Numbered from the stretch's first letter, positions 40,567 through 59,774 are shown. The stretch: 64,000 nt of DNA from an uncultured Methanosarcinaceae archaeon (GCA_963847185.1 CAWJYV010000002.1:111472-175471), one strand, 5' to 3'. Notes: generated by a model from the letters alone, not told the origin. Made by a program: numbers and translations.

Positions 40567-41186
40567 CAGACACCACCAATGTTTAATGCTTTTCTGATAA
40601 GCTGGCTGACTCCCAGAGAGGATATGAAGTACCAGTAGATCCAGTGCTGGAAAGGACCAAAAGCCGTAGACGTGAGCAGCTGTTCTCCCCAGAAAGGAAA
40701 GACCATAGTAGCAGATCCATGCCCGCTGATGTAATAGTAAGCCCACATGAAAAGAGGAAGAGAAATGATACTGATATAAGCCATGGGCTTGAATTGCTGC
40801 TTGGACATTTTCATCTGATCTTCCATCATCTCTTTGCGCTGATCTTCAAGCTTTTTCAACATGTAAGTGTTCTGAGATAGCTGTGCCTCCCTGAATTCCT
40901 TCTGAAAAACCTTCATGCGATCCTGAGTATTCCTCATAAGATCCCAGTCAATTGTATATTTCTGGATAAGGGATGCATAGATAGCAGTAATAGCCGCCAT
41001 TACTAAAAGAATTAGATGAAAATTCCCCTGTCCAACCAGAGCAAGTACAGGATTCATAATAATACCGACGATTTTCCCAACAGACTCCCGGAAAGACTGT
41101 CCAAGGATCATTATCCCGAACATAAGGGAAAAACCGAAAGCCAGCAGGAACCGGTCAATTTGCTTTTTTAATGTCTCTGAAACCAA
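40566..41186 (-). CDS. DUF106 / EMC3-Oxa1 superfamily membrane insertase
   Basis: TM-coiled coil-KPM..SLPLFMW..WIYWY..S..IRKAL; typical position next to secY/adk. Confidence 0.9.
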   Translation of the reverse strand: MVSETLKKQIDRFLLAFGFSLMFGIMILGQSFRESVGKIVGIIMNPVLALVGQGNFHLILLVMAAITAIYASLIQKYTIDWDLMRNTQDRMKVFQKEFREAQLSQNTYMLKKLEDQRKEMMEDQMKMSKQQFKPMAYISIISLPLFMWAYYYISGHGSATMVFPFWGEQLLTSTAFGPFQHWIYWYFISSLGVSQLIRKALNIGGV

Positions 41187-41519
41187 GTTGTTCTCACCAT
41201 TCAGACTTGATAGTTATTCTTATTCCTTTAAATATGGAAGAATCATAACAGATAAAACCTTTATAAACTCAAGATATTAATAAATCAGCTCAGAACGCGA
41301 GCTGGCTTAGAATGATTACGCATATTTTTCTGGTTAATAAGTTTCGATGTATATATAAGTTATACTATTCAGTTAAATTTAGATTGAGTTCTCTCCTGAA
41401 CAAATCTGGAAAAAACCAGATAAAACACAAAACACAGTGAAAAACCAGATCCAAATTAAAAACCCCGGAAAGAATAGGAAATACAGAAAGTGTGGAAAAT
41501 ACGGGAAACATAAGAAGCA

Positions 41520-41617
41520 ACGAGATTCTGTCCCATAAATTAGTCCTCTTGAGCGAAGCGAAAAGGACGGCGGGCTCCCGAATCGCAACTCGGGTATCGC
41601 AATTCGGGCGGCGCAAC
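41520..41617 (-). repeat. REP/MITE-like dispersed repeat, copy C
   Basis: Reverse complement CCCGAGTTGCGATTCGGGAGCCCGCCGTCCTTTTCGCTTCGCTCAAGAGGACTAATTTATGGGACAGA. Confidence 0.8.
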
Positions 41618-41726
41618 TTGGGTGGCATAGGTTTAAATAATTTCTCATATTTTATCATAAAAAGATATTCTAGCCTAAAAGATAGGATATCCAAACTCAT
41701 TAATGCAGGCGCTAAGAGGAGTAAAA

Positions 41727-42344
41727 ATGAATCTTGCAAACCCCCACGGACAATTTCCTAAAATAAGCGATAAGGCCTGGATATTCGATACTGCACTTAT
41801 AATCGGAGACGTTACTATTGAAGAAGACGTATTTGTCGGGCCAAATGCCGTAATAAGGGCAGACGAACCCGGATCTTCAATAGTAATTTCCAGTGGTTGC
41901 AACGTGCAGGATAATGTAGTGATTCATTCCCTTTCCAACTCGGAAGTAAGGATAGGAAATAACACGTCTTTAGCCCATGGATGCATTGTGCACGGCCCCT
42001 GCCAGATAGAAGAAAACTGTTTTATCGGGTTCGGAGCTGTGGTATTTGACTGTAATGTAGGAAAAGACGCTCTGGTCCTCCACAGATCAGTTGTTCGCGG
42101 AGTAGATATCTCAGAAGAAAAAGTTGTGCCTGACGGAGCCGTCATTACAAGTCCTGAAGCCGCAAGCGCCCTTGAAGATCTCACAAAAGACCTGGCAGAT
42201 TTCAAAGAATCCGTAATCAGAGCAAACATTGAACTCGTAAAAGGATACACAGACCTGCAAATTGGAGCTGAAGATATCCTGTTAAGTACATTCCAGGAAA
42301 GCGAGCCAGAAGAAACTGAAAGTCTTGGAGAATACGAATTATAA
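41727..42344 (+). CDS. Gamma-class carbonic anhydrase (Cam/CamH-like, cytoplasmic)
   Basis: IRADE, NVQDNVVIH, SLAH...HGPC hexapeptide left-handed beta-helix with Zn histidines; no signal peptide. Confidence 0.9.
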   Translation: MNLANPHGQFPKISDKAWIFDTALIIGDVTIEEDVFVGPNAVIRADEPGSSIVISSGCNVQDNVVIHSLSNSEVRIGNNTSLAHGCIVHGPCQIEENCFIGFGAVVFDCNVGKDALVLHRSVVRGVDISEEKVVPDGAVITSPEAASALEDLTKDLADFKESVIRANIELVKGYTDLQIGAEDILLSTFQESEPEETESLGEYEL

Positions 42345-42398
42345 AACAACTAATAAACAACTAATAAACAACTAATAAACAACTAATAAACAACTAAT
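42344..42398 (+). repeat. 11-bp perfect tandem repeat x5 (AAACAACTAAT)
   Basis: Read directly from the sequence. Confidence 0.95.
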
Positions 42399-42510
42399 TT
42401 TTAACGTTTGACCAATTTTAGAACCCTGATTATTGCACTTGATTCACGAGCTTACAAATAGCTGACACATAAATATCATTCCCTACAGCAGGCCAAAATA
42501 CAAAAAAACA

Positions 42511-42593
42511 TGAAATCTGTCCTATAGATTAGTCTGCTTGAGCGAGCGAAGCGAGTGAAACGGACAGCGGGCTCCCGAATCGCAATTCGGGAA
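42511..42593 (-). repeat. REP/MITE-like dispersed repeat, copy D
   Basis: Reverse complement TTCCCGAATTGCGATTCGGGAGCCCGCTGTCCGTTTCACTCGCTTCGCTCGCTCAAGCAGACTAATCTATAGGACAGA. Confidence 0.8.
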
Positions 42594-42872
42594 CTACAGA
42601 TATTTCCCATCCAATTTATTCAGAACTTCTTTTCCTGTGTCTGTCAAAGTATACTTCTTCCATGTGGTTTTATCCGGAGTCAAACAATGGATTAAACCTT
42701 TGCTTTCAAGCTCTTTTAAAGCATGACTGATATTCTGTGTGGATCTGCTCGCCTCATGGGCAATATCCGAAGCACGCACAAAGGTATGCCTTTTCATGGA
42801 CTCCATGAGAATTAAACGGCGGTCAACACTGATAACCCAGTTAATCAGTTCTTCAATTGAATTTTCAGTCAT
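42594..42872 (-). CDS. Winged helix-turn-helix transcriptional regulator (MarR/ArsR-like)
   Basis: ASDIA..ASRSTQNISHALKELESKGLI...YTLTDTG. Confidence 0.85.
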   Translation of the reverse strand: MTENSIEELINWVISVDRRLILMESMKRHTFVRASDIAHEASRSTQNISHALKELESKGLIHCLTPDKTTWKKYTLTDTGKEVLNKLDGKYL

Positions 42873-43000
42873 GTGAATTCGAATTCTCCGTCGTATAGTT
42901 CTTGTTGACATAAATAGCGTCATAATACTTAAATATTAATTGTTTGAATCGAATGAAAAATAAAGAAGCTGAGACTTATCATCAAACAATATTGATAAAA

Positions 43001-43071
43001 AAGGAAGCAGGATACAAAAGGAATAAAGAAAAGAAGGAAGCAGGATACAAAAGGAATAAAGAAAAGAAGGA
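43001..43071 (+). repeat. 33-bp direct tandem duplication
   Basis: AAGGAAGCAGGATACAAAAGGAATAAAGAAAAG x2. Confidence 0.9.
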
Positions 43072-43173
43072 CGGGATATAGTAAAGTCAGAAGAAAAATT
43101 CCAATTAAAAAAATAATCAAAGGAAAAACAAAATAACAGCAACTAAGGAAAAAAATGGAAAAAAGGGAAGATT

Positions 43174-43821
43174 TCAGGAAAGCTTTGCAAGAGCTGCCTT
43201 AATATCTTCTAAAACCTCATCTATATCCTTGGTTCCGTCAAGAGTTACCAGGATGCCCTGTTTTGCATAATAGTTGATAAGGGGCTGAGTCTGTTTCTTG
43301 TAAACGTTCAGGCGGTTCTGAACAGCCTCTTCTTTATCATCGGCACGCTGGTAAACTTCGCTCCCACAGATGTCACAGATATCATCCTTTTTTGGCGGAT
43401 TGAAAGTTCTGTGGTAGCTTGTGCCGCACTTGCACATCAACCTGCCACTTATTCTTTCAACAAGCTCTTCATCAGGCACTTCAAGATTGAGAACAATATC
43501 TATAGGTTTTTTGATCTCATCCAGAATGACTGCAAGAGCATCTGCCTGAGGGATAGTTCTTGGATAACCGTCAAGAATGAAACCCTTTTTGCAGTCATCT
43601 TCCTTAAGGCGGTTCTTAATAATGCCTATGAGCACATTGTCAGGAACAAGTTCCCCTTTGTCCATGTATGCCTTGGCTGCAAGGCCCAGTTCGGTTCCTT
43701 CTCTTACATTTGCCCGCAGGATATCACCTGTGGAAATCTGCGGAATTCCGTAGAAACCAACCATTTTTTTGGCCTGGGTGCCTTTTCCGGCACCCGGGGG
43801 CCCGAAGAGTATTATATTCAT
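43174..43821 (-). CDS. adk: Adenylate kinase
   Basis: GPPGAGKGTQA, STGDILR, LDGYPRT, Zn lid. Confidence 0.97.
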   Translation of the reverse strand: MNIILFGPPGAGKGTQAKKMVGFYGIPQISTGDILRANVREGTELGLAAKAYMDKGELVPDNVLIGIIKNRLKEDDCKKGFILDGYPRTIPQADALAVILDEIKKPIDIVLNLEVPDEELVERISGRLMCKCGTSYHRTFNPPKKDDICDICGSEVYQRADDKEEAVQNRLNVYKKQTQPLINYYAKQGILVTLDGTKDIDEVLEDIKAALAKLS

Positions 43822-43894
43822 TCGAAGATCCCCGTTATTATGTCCTTTAGTTTGATTGTTTCCATATTGAATCAGTTTATTTATGCAGAAACCC

Positions 43895-45376
43895 TTACTG
43901 CTCCCCGAAGAAGGAACGGATCATCGGATGCATCTCCATCATCTGTTCCGAGGCAATATCCTCATACAGACGATACACAATACTTACAGTGAGCAACAGT
44001 CCAGTACCACCTGCACTTCCAAGGGTACCAAGCAGGCTTGCAATCAGGGTAAGTACCCCTATGAAAGCTCCACCTATTACGGTAACTTTTGGAATATAGC
44101 GCTGCATGACTTTTTCAATGCTACTGATATTTCTCCTGAAACCCGGTATCTGCATGCCGGAATTAAAGATTTTCTGAGCTGTAGGTTTGGCGCCCATGCC
44201 TGTCGTCTCTATCCAGAAGAGGGCAAAGATGATACCTCCTACAATCAGAAACATAGCATCTATAAAGACGTGAAGTATGATCTGCCAGGAAGCAGGGGCA
44301 GCCGCCCCATAGCTTGCGAAGGTTTCCCGTACAAGAGACGGTATCCAGTCATAAGGGCTGTTTATGGGAGCAAAGTAATACATGATCCCGTTTAGTGGCT
44401 TTGAGCCGCTGAACTCCCCAAGGAATGTAATTCCCCGGCTTGCAAGGATAATTCCTACCATCTGAATATTAGCCTGAAGAGCTCTGACAAGAATCATGGG
44501 CAGAACTGAGGCATATATGAGCTTGACAGGGAAGCGGCCCCTTGCCCCTCTCACCGCACTGTGAGCAAGAGGAATTTCTATTCTCGTACTTTCCACATAC
44601 ACGACAAGCATGAAAATGACAACCGTGCTCAGCAGTGCAAGGATCCCTCCGTTGACGAGCATGAACATTATACCCTCTCCTGAAAAGAGGTAGTCAGCTC
44701 CAATATTCTGGACAATGTAAACCCACTTCGGAATCAGTCCTATAGGAATTCCCGAAGTTGGATCAGATTCCCAGTTAATTATTCCTGTAACGATCTGCTG
44801 AGAGATTCCCGCAACAATGAAAAGTCCGACTCCTGATCCTATGCCCCATTTGGAGACAACTTCATCCATGAAGAGGACCAGTACGCCTCCTACAAAGATC
44901 TGGACAAGGAGCAGAAAGGTGATTACTCCCAGGCCTACACCAAGACTAGAAGCAAGCCCTGAATCCGGCTGGATGTACCCACCAAGAAGCTGCGGCAGAG
45001 CTTCCAGTATGATCATAACAAATACAAGGAATTTCTGAGCTCCCTGAAAGAACGCCTGATCTTTGGGATCAGAAAGGTCCATTTTGATAATATCTGCCCC
45101 GACAAGAAGCTGCAGGACAATTGAAGCCGTGACAATCGGTCCTATTCCGAGAAGAATTAAAGATCCCGAAGCCCCGGCAAAGAAGGCGCGGTAAGATTCA
45201 AAAAGGTCAACCGAATCCTGAGACATCCCGAAGAGCGGCACATTTGCCAGAGCAAAGTACAGCACCAGAACTCCCAGAGTCCACCACAGTTTATCCTTAA
45301 AGTGGACGTGTTTTTCCGGACTTGCTACTGCAGGTAACTTGTTAAAAAATGGTTCTAAGGTATCCCTGAGAGTCAT
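43895..45376 (-). CDS. secY: Preprotein translocase SecY
   Basis: LGIGPIVTASIVLQLL, KWGIGSGVGLFI, GTGLLLTV. Confidence 0.98.
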   Translation of the reverse strand: MTLRDTLEPFFNKLPAVASPEKHVHFKDKLWWTLGVLVLYFALANVPLFGMSQDSVDLFESYRAFFAGASGSLILLGIGPIVTASIVLQLLVGADIIKMDLSDPKDQAFFQGAQKFLVFVMIILEALPQLLGGYIQPDSGLASSLGVGLGVITFLLLVQIFVGGVLVLFMDEVVSKWGIGSGVGLFIVAGISQQIVTGIINWESDPTSGIPIGLIPKWVYIVQNIGADYLFSGEGIMFMLVNGGILALLSTVVIFMLVVYVESTRIEIPLAHSAVRGARGRFPVKLIYASVLPMILVRALQANIQMVGIILASRGITFLGEFSGSKPLNGIMYYFAPINSPYDWIPSLVRETFASYGAAAPASWQIILHVFIDAMFLIVGGIIFALFWIETTGMGAKPTAQKIFNSGMQIPGFRRNISSIEKVMQRYIPKVTVIGGAFIGVLTLIASLLGTLGSAGGTGLLLTVSIVYRLYEDIASEQMMEMHPMIRSFFGEQ

Positions 45377-45510
45377 CGATTACACCATTCAAATACAATT
45401 TATTTATACTGTTTTAATATTAGACTATTATTTACCGTATGGTATATAGCACATCTAATATGAAAAAGTTACCAAAAGAATGTAAATAAGTAATGTCAGA
45501 ATGACATTAC

Positions 45511-48482
<2,972 letters not shown>

Positions 48483-48489
48483 AACCACC

Positions 48490-49020
48490 TCAAGGCTTCT
48501 GCACTATGTAGATTCCATCCTGGAAAGTCCTTGGATCGAACCTCTTAATCTTGGTCTTCTGTTCAATGTTTGCGGCAGTCTGTCCGACATCTTCCTTGTT
48601 GATTCCGGAAACAATTACCTCGTTTCCGCTAACCTTTACCTTTGTCTCGCCGAGGATTTTTGCAATCCTGGGCTTTTTCTCACCAAGGAAGTTCCCAATA
48701 CTGAGGCTCTTGCCTTCAACTTTTACCTGCATCGGGAAGTGAGCGTACACGATAGTCATCTTGCACTCAAAACCATTGATTACGCCTGTAATCAGGTTTG
48801 TAATGTGAGACGTAAAAGTCCCTACCATGGCTTTCTGCTCTTTCCTTGAGGACTCAGCATCGACCACTACTTCTTCTTCCCTGATTTCGATCTTAATGCC
48901 AGGGTACCAGAACTTTCTTTCAACAGTTCCTTTAGGACCCTTGGCTGTAAGGACACCCTGAGAGAGAGAAACGGAAACTCCTTCAGGAATCTTTATTGTT
49001 CTTGCAATCTCCTTAACCAT
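48490..49020 (-). CDS. rpl6: 50S ribosomal protein uL6
   Basis: [23 protein letters not shown]. Confidence 0.97.
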   Translation of the reverse strand: MVKEIARTIKIPEGVSVSLSQGVLTAKGPKGTVERKFWYPGIKIEIREEEVVVDAESSRKEQKAMVGTFTSHITNLITGVINGFECKMTIVYAHFPMQVKVEGKSLSIGNFLGEKKPRIAKILGETKVKVSGNEVIVSGINKEDVGQTAANIEQKTKIKRFDPRTFQDGIYIVQKP

Positions 49021-49034
49021 TTCCTGTTTCCTCC

Positions 49035-49590
<556 letters not shown>

Positions 49591-50100
49591 TTAAATAACC
49601 TCCACGCCATAGCTTTCGTTAAGGAAGGAAATCGCATCCTCGACCGTAACCCTGTGGTTGGCAGGGATCTTTTTGGTTGCGATTCTTCTCTTGCAGATTC
49701 TTTCTCCAGGGCGCTTGATTACAACTGTTACGTCCATTCCGAAAACCCCAATATTCGGGTCATACCTCATGCCCGGGAAGTCGGTGTGTTCTTCAATTCC
49801 GAAAGAGACGTTTCCAAGAGAATCGAACTGGGACCTGACCAGGGTATTTTCGACGATACCTAATGCGGTCTCAAGGAACCCATGGGCTCTCTGGCCTCTC
49901 AGAGTTACTTTACAGCCTATAGGTTCTTTCTTCTTGATCGAAAAAGCAGGAAGGGTCCTCTTTGCAAAGCACCTTACGACTCCCTGTCCTGTAATGGTCC
50001 TGAGGATATCTTCAGCGTTTACAAGGTGCTGACCACTTTCTCCAACACCCATATGGACAATTACCTTCTCAACAACAGGAGTGCGCATAGTGTTACTCAC
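49591..50100 (-). CDS. rpl5: 50S ribosomal protein uL5
   Basis: [29 protein letters not shown]. Confidence 0.97.
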   Translation of the reverse strand: MSNTMRTPVVEKVIVHMGVGESGQHLVNAEDILRTITGQGVVRCFAKRTLPAFSIKKKEPIGCKVTLRGQRAHGFLETALGIVENTLVRSQFDSLGNVSFGIEEHTDFPGMRYDPNIGVFGMDVTVVIKRPGERICKRRIATKKIPANHRVTVEDAISFLNESYGVEVI

Positions 50101-50800
50101 TTAGCTCACCACCCAGCCGAATCTCAGGTTTTTCCTCGCCAATCACAATAACGTAGTCTTCGATTGTTTCGAATTCTTTGTCTCCGGAAATTGTGACCGT
50201 GTTGTGCCTGGAACTCTTAACTTCCCTGATTTCCTTGATTTTTCCGAGTTCTCCTGAGTGCTGGCCGCCTACAACCATTGCAAGGTTTCCGACCTTGAAC
50301 TGAAGGTGTTTTACGATCTGTTTGTCAGGAACTGAGAGAATCAGAGAGTCCTTTGTCCCGTATTCGTTAGAACCGAGGATGTTGGTCCCGTCACTCAGGT
50401 TAAGCTGTACTTTTCCTCCCTTGAGGATGGTTTTGTCGTTAATTCTGCACAGCTTGTTAACCTGTGTCTCATTGAGTTTGTGGAGATTAAGACGTCCTTT
50501 TTCGTCCTGAAGCATCCTGTAGGACTCGTTTATGAGCGGAAGGGTAATTACGTCAAAGAGCCCTATCGGGAACCTGAGGTCTTTCCTGGGAATTCCATCC
50601 ACAAGAACCTTACCTTCCGAAAGGATCTTTTTACCTTCCCTGCTGTTATCCACAAGCTTGAGAACATCCCGGATTATGATTCCGAGAGGAAGACTGCGTA
50701 CTCTGCTGTGAGGCCCCGGGCGGGTAGTGGAGATCCACTTATAACCTTTTTTCCCGACCTTCCAGCTTTTTGGAATTGATAATCTTTTCTGGTGTGTCAC
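50093..50800 (-). CDS. rps4e: 30S ribosomal protein eS4
   Basis: HQKRL..P, RPGPH, PIGLFDV. Confidence 0.97.
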   Translation of the reverse strand: MTHQKRLSIPKSWKVGKKGYKWISTTRPGPHSRVRSLPLGIIIRDVLKLVDNSREGKKILSEGKVLVDGIPRKDLRFPIGLFDVITLPLINESYRMLQDEKGRLNLHKLNETQVNKLCRINDKTILKGGKVQLNLSDGTNILGSNEYGTKDSLILSVPDKQIVKHLQFKVGNLAMVVGGQHSGELGKIKEIREVKSSRHNTVTISGDKEFETIEDYVIVIGEEKPEIRLGGELSE

Positions 50801-50813
50801 AAAATCACCTGCC

Positions 50814-51899
<1,086 letters not shown>

Positions 51900-51903
51900 G
51901 AGT

Positions 51904-52236
51904 TTAGCCCCATTTACGTAATTTTTTGATGTTCTTGATCCGATTTTCGGGTTGTGAGAGCAGCAGGTTTCCCTGAATTTTTACGAATGTATCGGATCTG
52001 CGGCCTTTTTCTGAGAGCTCGGCAGGGATCCGAAAAATGAATTCCGAATCCGCCTTTGGAATCTTCAGGACCCTGGAAGTCGAGTTTTCTACGATCAACA
52101 TATTTTTTGTCTCGTCTATAACTCGTCCCCGGGTTCCTGCCAATACTGGATTAGTGGAACGAATCACCTTAATTTCGAGCCCTATCAATTCATGGTAGAT
52201 AAGGGTCGAAGGCGTGATTTCCACTTTAGATATCAT
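51904..52236 (-). CDS. rnp1: Ribonuclease P protein component 1 (Rpp29)
   Basis: [19 protein letters not shown]. Confidence 0.94.
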   Translation of the reverse strand: MISKVEITPSTLIYHELIGLEIKVIRSTNPVLAGTRGRVIDETKNMLIVENSTSRVLKIPKADSEFIFRIPAELSEKGRRSDTFVKIQGNLLLSQPENRIKNIKKLRKWG

Positions 52237-52429
52237 TTAGCTCGTGCTGAATTGTCTTTATCCGGGCAATCGTTCTCCTGATTTCCCCGATTCTTCCGGG
52301 ATTATCAGGAGCCCCGCCTGCGGAGGTAAGGGCACGTTCCCTGACAAGTTCGCTTTTCAGGGTATCGAGTTCGTCAGCCCGTTCTGTAGGTGCCATGTTC
52401 CGGATTTCACTGGTTCTAAGAATTGCCAT
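52226..52429 (-). CDS. rpl29: 50S ribosomal protein uL29
   Basis: [17 protein letters not shown]. Confidence 0.97.
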   Translation of the reverse strand: MAILRTSEIRNMAPTERADELDTLKSELVRERALTSAGGAPDNPGRIGEIRRTIARIKTIQHELNDI

Positions 52430-53346
52430 TATTCCTTAGCCTCCTTGTGAACGCGGGCCATGGGATGCCAGTAGTCGTGGCTTTCGTGCTTGTGTTGCCA
52501 GACACCATTTACCTGTCTTCGGACTTCGTCTGAGCCCTCGACATAGATGAGTTCGGCTTCTTCAAAGTCTTCTGCGGATGCTTCAGGCTGGGATTCTTCT
52601 TCAGCTTCTTCAGGCTCTGCGACTTGGACTGCTTCTACCGGTTTCTCAGGTGCTGCTGCAGGACTGGGTTTTGCTTCCTTCTTAGGGGCTTCAACCGTTT
52701 TTTCGGCCGCTTTTTCGGCAGGTTTTTCAGCTGGCTCAGCTACAATTTCGCTTGCTTCCTTAATCCTGAAAGAGTCAGGAAGGACAACGCCTGGCTGAAT
52801 GATCCTTACTTTACAGCCAAGGGTTCCAAGCTTTTTGATTGCTACTGCAAACCCTTCGTCTACTACATCTTCTACAGGGTGTCCGGAATGCTTTATGTAC
52901 CCGTCAACGAATTTTTCGACTCTTGACCTGGCACCTGTAAGCTTTCCGGAGATTACGACCTCACAGCCGAGAGCGCCTGCACTCATGACTGCCCGAAGAG
53001 TATTGTGGCCGGCCTTTCTGAAATACCAGCCTCTCTCAATTGAAGATGCAAGCCTTGTTGCCATCATCTGGGCATTAAGTTCAGGTCTCTTGACTTCCTG
53101 GGCGTCAATCTGCGGGTTTTCGAGGTTGTACTTTATTGCAACGTCTCGGGTAAGCTTCCTGATGACCTTCCCAGCTTTTCCGATAACCATTCCCGGCTTT
53201 TCGGAATAGATAATAATCTGGGTGCCCATTGGAGTCCTGTTTAACTCCATGCCGCCGTATCCAGCTCTGTCCAGCTGCTCTGCAAAATACTCGTGCATGG
53301 AGGCTTTAACATACCCGTCATTAACGAATTTTCTCTCTATTGCCAT
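52429..53346 (-). CDS. rps3: 30S ribosomal protein uS3 with long C-terminal extension
   Basis: [11 protein letters not shown] motif, [10 protein letters not shown]. Confidence 0.97.
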   Translation of the reverse strand: MAIERKFVNDGYVKASMHEYFAEQLDRAGYGGMELNRTPMGTQIIIYSEKPGMVIGKAGKVIRKLTRDVAIKYNLENPQIDAQEVKRPELNAQMMATRLASSIERGWYFRKAGHNTLRAVMSAGALGCEVVISGKLTGARSRVEKFVDGYIKHSGHPVEDVVDEGFAVAIKKLGTLGCKVRIIQPGVVLPDSFRIKEASEIVAEPAEKPAEKAAEKTVEAPKKEAKPSPAAAPEKPVEAVQVAEPEEAEEESQPEASAEDFEEAELIYVEGSDEVRRQVNGVWQHKHESHDYWHPMARVHKEAKE

Positions 53347-53808
<462 letters not shown>

Positions 53809-53813
53809 TCACC

Positions 53814-54236
<423 letters not shown>

Positions 54237-54239
54237 TCA

Positions 54240-54959
<720 letters not shown>

Positions 54960-54966
54960 TCACACC

Positions 54967-55215
54967 TCACATCAGTCCTATTCGGGTTGCAATCTCGTGG
55001 GCCGATTCAGGCTCTTCGAAGGTGAGGATTGCTTTTTTCATACCCTTCATGGTGGTCATTGTCCGCACGGATTTTACCTTAAACCCGTACAGCTTTTCAA
55101 CGTCTTCTACAATCTGCTTTTTGTTTGACCTGGTATCAACGATAAACTGGAGCTTGTTATCATCAAGCAACATCATCGCTTTTTCAGTAACAAAAGGATA
55201 ATTGACGGGATTCAT
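54967..55215 (-). CDS. rpl23: 50S ribosomal protein uL23
   Basis: TEKAM, KKAI. Confidence 0.96.
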   Translation of the reverse strand: MNPVNYPFVTEKAMMLLDDNKLQFIVDTRSNKKQIVEDVEKLYGFKVKSVRTMTTMKGMKKAILTFEEPESAHEIATRIGLM

Positions 55216-55973
55216 TGGAATGCACCCTCCAGTTTCTCAATTGCAGATTCTGTCCAGATAGTGAGGCGGCCTGCATGAGTGCCCGGTGCGAGCAGCTCGG
55301 CGTTCAGTGAGTTCACTGCTACGACATCTACTCCTGACAGGTTTCTTGCAGCCTTCATGATAGGAGTGTCTTCCCCTGCAACAATCAGGATGCTCTTTTT
55401 GTGCTTGTATTTCCTGCCTCTGAGTTTTCCGCGGCCAGCCCTGATGTGCCTTCCGAGTTTTGCTCTGAGAATGTCTTCGTAGACGCCTGCAGCCTGCAGG
55501 AATTCAATTACCTGCTTTGTCTTATCCAGGTTTTCGAGAGCATTTTCCGCAACTACCGGGAGCTCGACATCAAAGATATGACCTCTCAAGCTTACAAGGG
55601 TAGGGTCCGCAGTTGCTGCGATTGCAGAACGGATTGCATAGCGGCGCTCTTTGGTGTTAACCTTCTCGCTCCTGTCAGCTTCGGGCTTTGGTGGGTGGGC
55701 TCTTCTTCCGCCTTTTGCATGCGGGACTCTTGCAGCTTTGCTGCTGTTTATGAGCCTTGGGATCTGAGCAACGCCACGTCCTGAACCCCAGGACCTTGCA
55801 GAAGTGTCCATTCCTGAGTAGAGACGGGGACCGTAGGGCTGAAGCCTGTTTGCCTGTGCTGCCAGCACTGCCTTTTTTATGAGGTCAGGGCGGTAGTCCA
55901 CATCAAACACATCAGGAAGCTCAATTTCCCTGACAACCTTTCCTGTAAGGTCTATTGTTTTTGCTGTAGCCAT
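55212..55973 (-). CDS. rpl4: 50S ribosomal protein uL4
   Basis: [28 protein letters not shown]. Confidence 0.98.
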   Translation of the reverse strand: MATAKTIDLTGKVVREIELPDVFDVDYRPDLIKKAVLAAQANRLQPYGPRLYSGMDTSARSWGSGRGVAQIPRLINSSKAARVPHAKGGRRAHPPKPEADRSEKVNTKERRYAIRSAIAATADPTLVSLRGHIFDVELPVVAENALENLDKTKQVIEFLQAAGVYEDILRAKLGRHIRAGRGKLRGRKYKHKKSILIVAGEDTPIMKAARNLSGVDVVAVNSLNAELLAPGTHAGRLTIWTESAIEKLEGAFQ

Positions 55974-55978
55974 TTATT

Positions 55979-57690
<1,712 letters not shown>

Positions 57691-58480
57691 TTGCAGGAAA
57701 ACAGGAACAAAAGGAGAGAAGAATCCGAAAGAAATGAGAAAAAGAAGTGAGTTTGAAAGTTTGAGGTGAGGTTATAAGGTGATTTTTAGATCGATTCATA
57801 AAACTTCTGCTCATGACCATCCTTGAAGAGTGTATATTATACATAGCCGAGTACAAACTCTCAAAACCTCTTTATCTTTTGATAAAACTCGAAGCTAATT
57901 TTAGATTTGCATACGAAAATGAAATTATGATCTTTTGCCAGAAGTCATAAAGATCACACAGGCAGTAGAGAAGGAACTTCCAGTTTCCTTCAAACTATGC
58001 TGAGATTCGAGGAGACTTCAAGAGTACAGTAAACAGTTTTTTATTCCATATTTAGGATTGAAAATTTCCTTCTTCAGGCGGGACTAATCCTCCTCATGTA
58101 ATTCATTAAATGCTACTTTCATTCTTAACTTTATTTTCGAGTTCGAACTTTATAAAGAATTGAAGTATGGCATTCCTGAAAAGAGATGAATGTGTAAAAA
58201 TATTTTAGAAAACAAATAAAAATTTTTATATATATGATATTTGAGGACTGCCGTGACATTATAAAAGTCCAAATTTTATGTGATAATAAGACCATCTAAT
58301 CATAGATGTGTATTTACATAGTAGACATTTAATAAGAAAATTAAAGCCAGAAATCAAGAACTTTATTAAAAAGAGTGTAGTGATAGAAGAGATTAGAAAA
58401 TTCAACTCTTGAAAAATGCTAAAAAGTGATTATAAAGTATAGTAAAAATTTAAAAAATTAGAGAAGAAAGGTGTGAAAAA

Positions 58481-59040
58481 TCACAGCCCTCCTTTCTTAC
58501 GTCCAAAGACGAAAAGAAGTCCAAGTACAGATGCTACAGGGAGAGCGACAGTTGGGAACTCCGGTACATTCGTATTGATAGTTACGCTAGCTTTTTGCAT
58601 CTGCCCTCACTATTTAGGATAATAGTTTGACCAGTATTTGTATATAAATATATTTCACCAGGTAGAGTCGCCTCGTACAATATCTTAATATTAGTTTGTT
58701 GCTAATACCAGCTGTGAGATACCATTTGCGTTATAGAAGTTGAGGTCCAATCAGTATCTAAATCATCATATTATCCATCGACATCAACTATCACCATTAG
58801 TTTATGCCTCTAAGACTCCGCCTACTTTGGTGGCTTTAGTATAAGACACCAATTGCTGTAACGGTGTTCGTGGATCTTTATCGACGAACATATCATGAGA
58901 TCGCTTCCGTAACATTATCAGGAATAAGGTATTCTAATATTACCAGGATGGCATCGGAGATCAAAAGCAGTTGCCATTGCGACCCAGCTACAGAGCTACA
59001 ATAATAAACCGATAATAATAGTCAATAACATTTTTTTCAT
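58481..59040 (-). pseudogene. PEF-CTERM sorting-domain surface protein, frameshifted
   Basis: N-term MKKMLLTIIIG; C-term VPEFPTVALPVASVLGLLFVFGRKKGGL*; no continuous frame. Confidence 0.8.
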
Positions 59041-59500
59041 AAACTATACCCCTACTTTCCAGATTTTTGTATCCACTATTTCTCGGAAAGTCACTAGATT
59101 AACTATTATATAAATGTTTAATCTTGGTAGAATCCATTAAAAAGTTAATATTTTTCTGGAATATTCAGAGACTCGCTTTATACTTCTCAGTAATTACACT
59201 ATGTTACAGTCAGATCTCCTGTACATATGGCAAACCTGGAAAGCAGATATGGGGGAACGAGGAATATTCAGAAAAATATAAACAAATTAATGAGTCACAG
59301 CCAATTTTGAAGTTAAGCATTTTATAATGTCATGGTATATATCAACTAGGAAATATATAAGGATGTGCAAGATAAATATATAAAATAAGATTTCTTGACA
59401 TCATTCATTGGAAAATGTATAATTATGAAATATATCAATATAGAACTCAAAGACTTGATAATTTACAATATCAGGATTTTTGCAAATTCTGCATATTTTA

Positions 59501-59774
59501 GAGCCTATCCAAAAACAAGTTTCAGTCTAATTTATACTTAGTTCTTTGAATTACTTTCCTGACCTAGCAGCTCATGGTTAATTATTAAAATAGGAAGTAT
59601 TCCGAATTTTCTGTAAATTCGAAGTCAAGTTTTTGTATACATTACTGAAATTGCCCTGAGGATATTGAATTTTATGATTCGGAAACTTATCAAAATTAGT
59701 GATTTTACAGAACTTTCGCTACACTCTCTCAAAATAGGTACAAAAAAATAATATTCGAGTTTTGGGATCAGCCT
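59501..59774. mobile_element. Possible degenerate MITE
   Basis: Imperfect terminal inverted repeats GAGCCTATCCAAAAAC / GTTTTGGGATCAGCCT; no ORF inside. Confidence 0.3.

Noticed and set aside
57780-58170. Possible gene remnant upstream of the S10 promoter
   Set aside because: No recognisable motif or sustained reading frame
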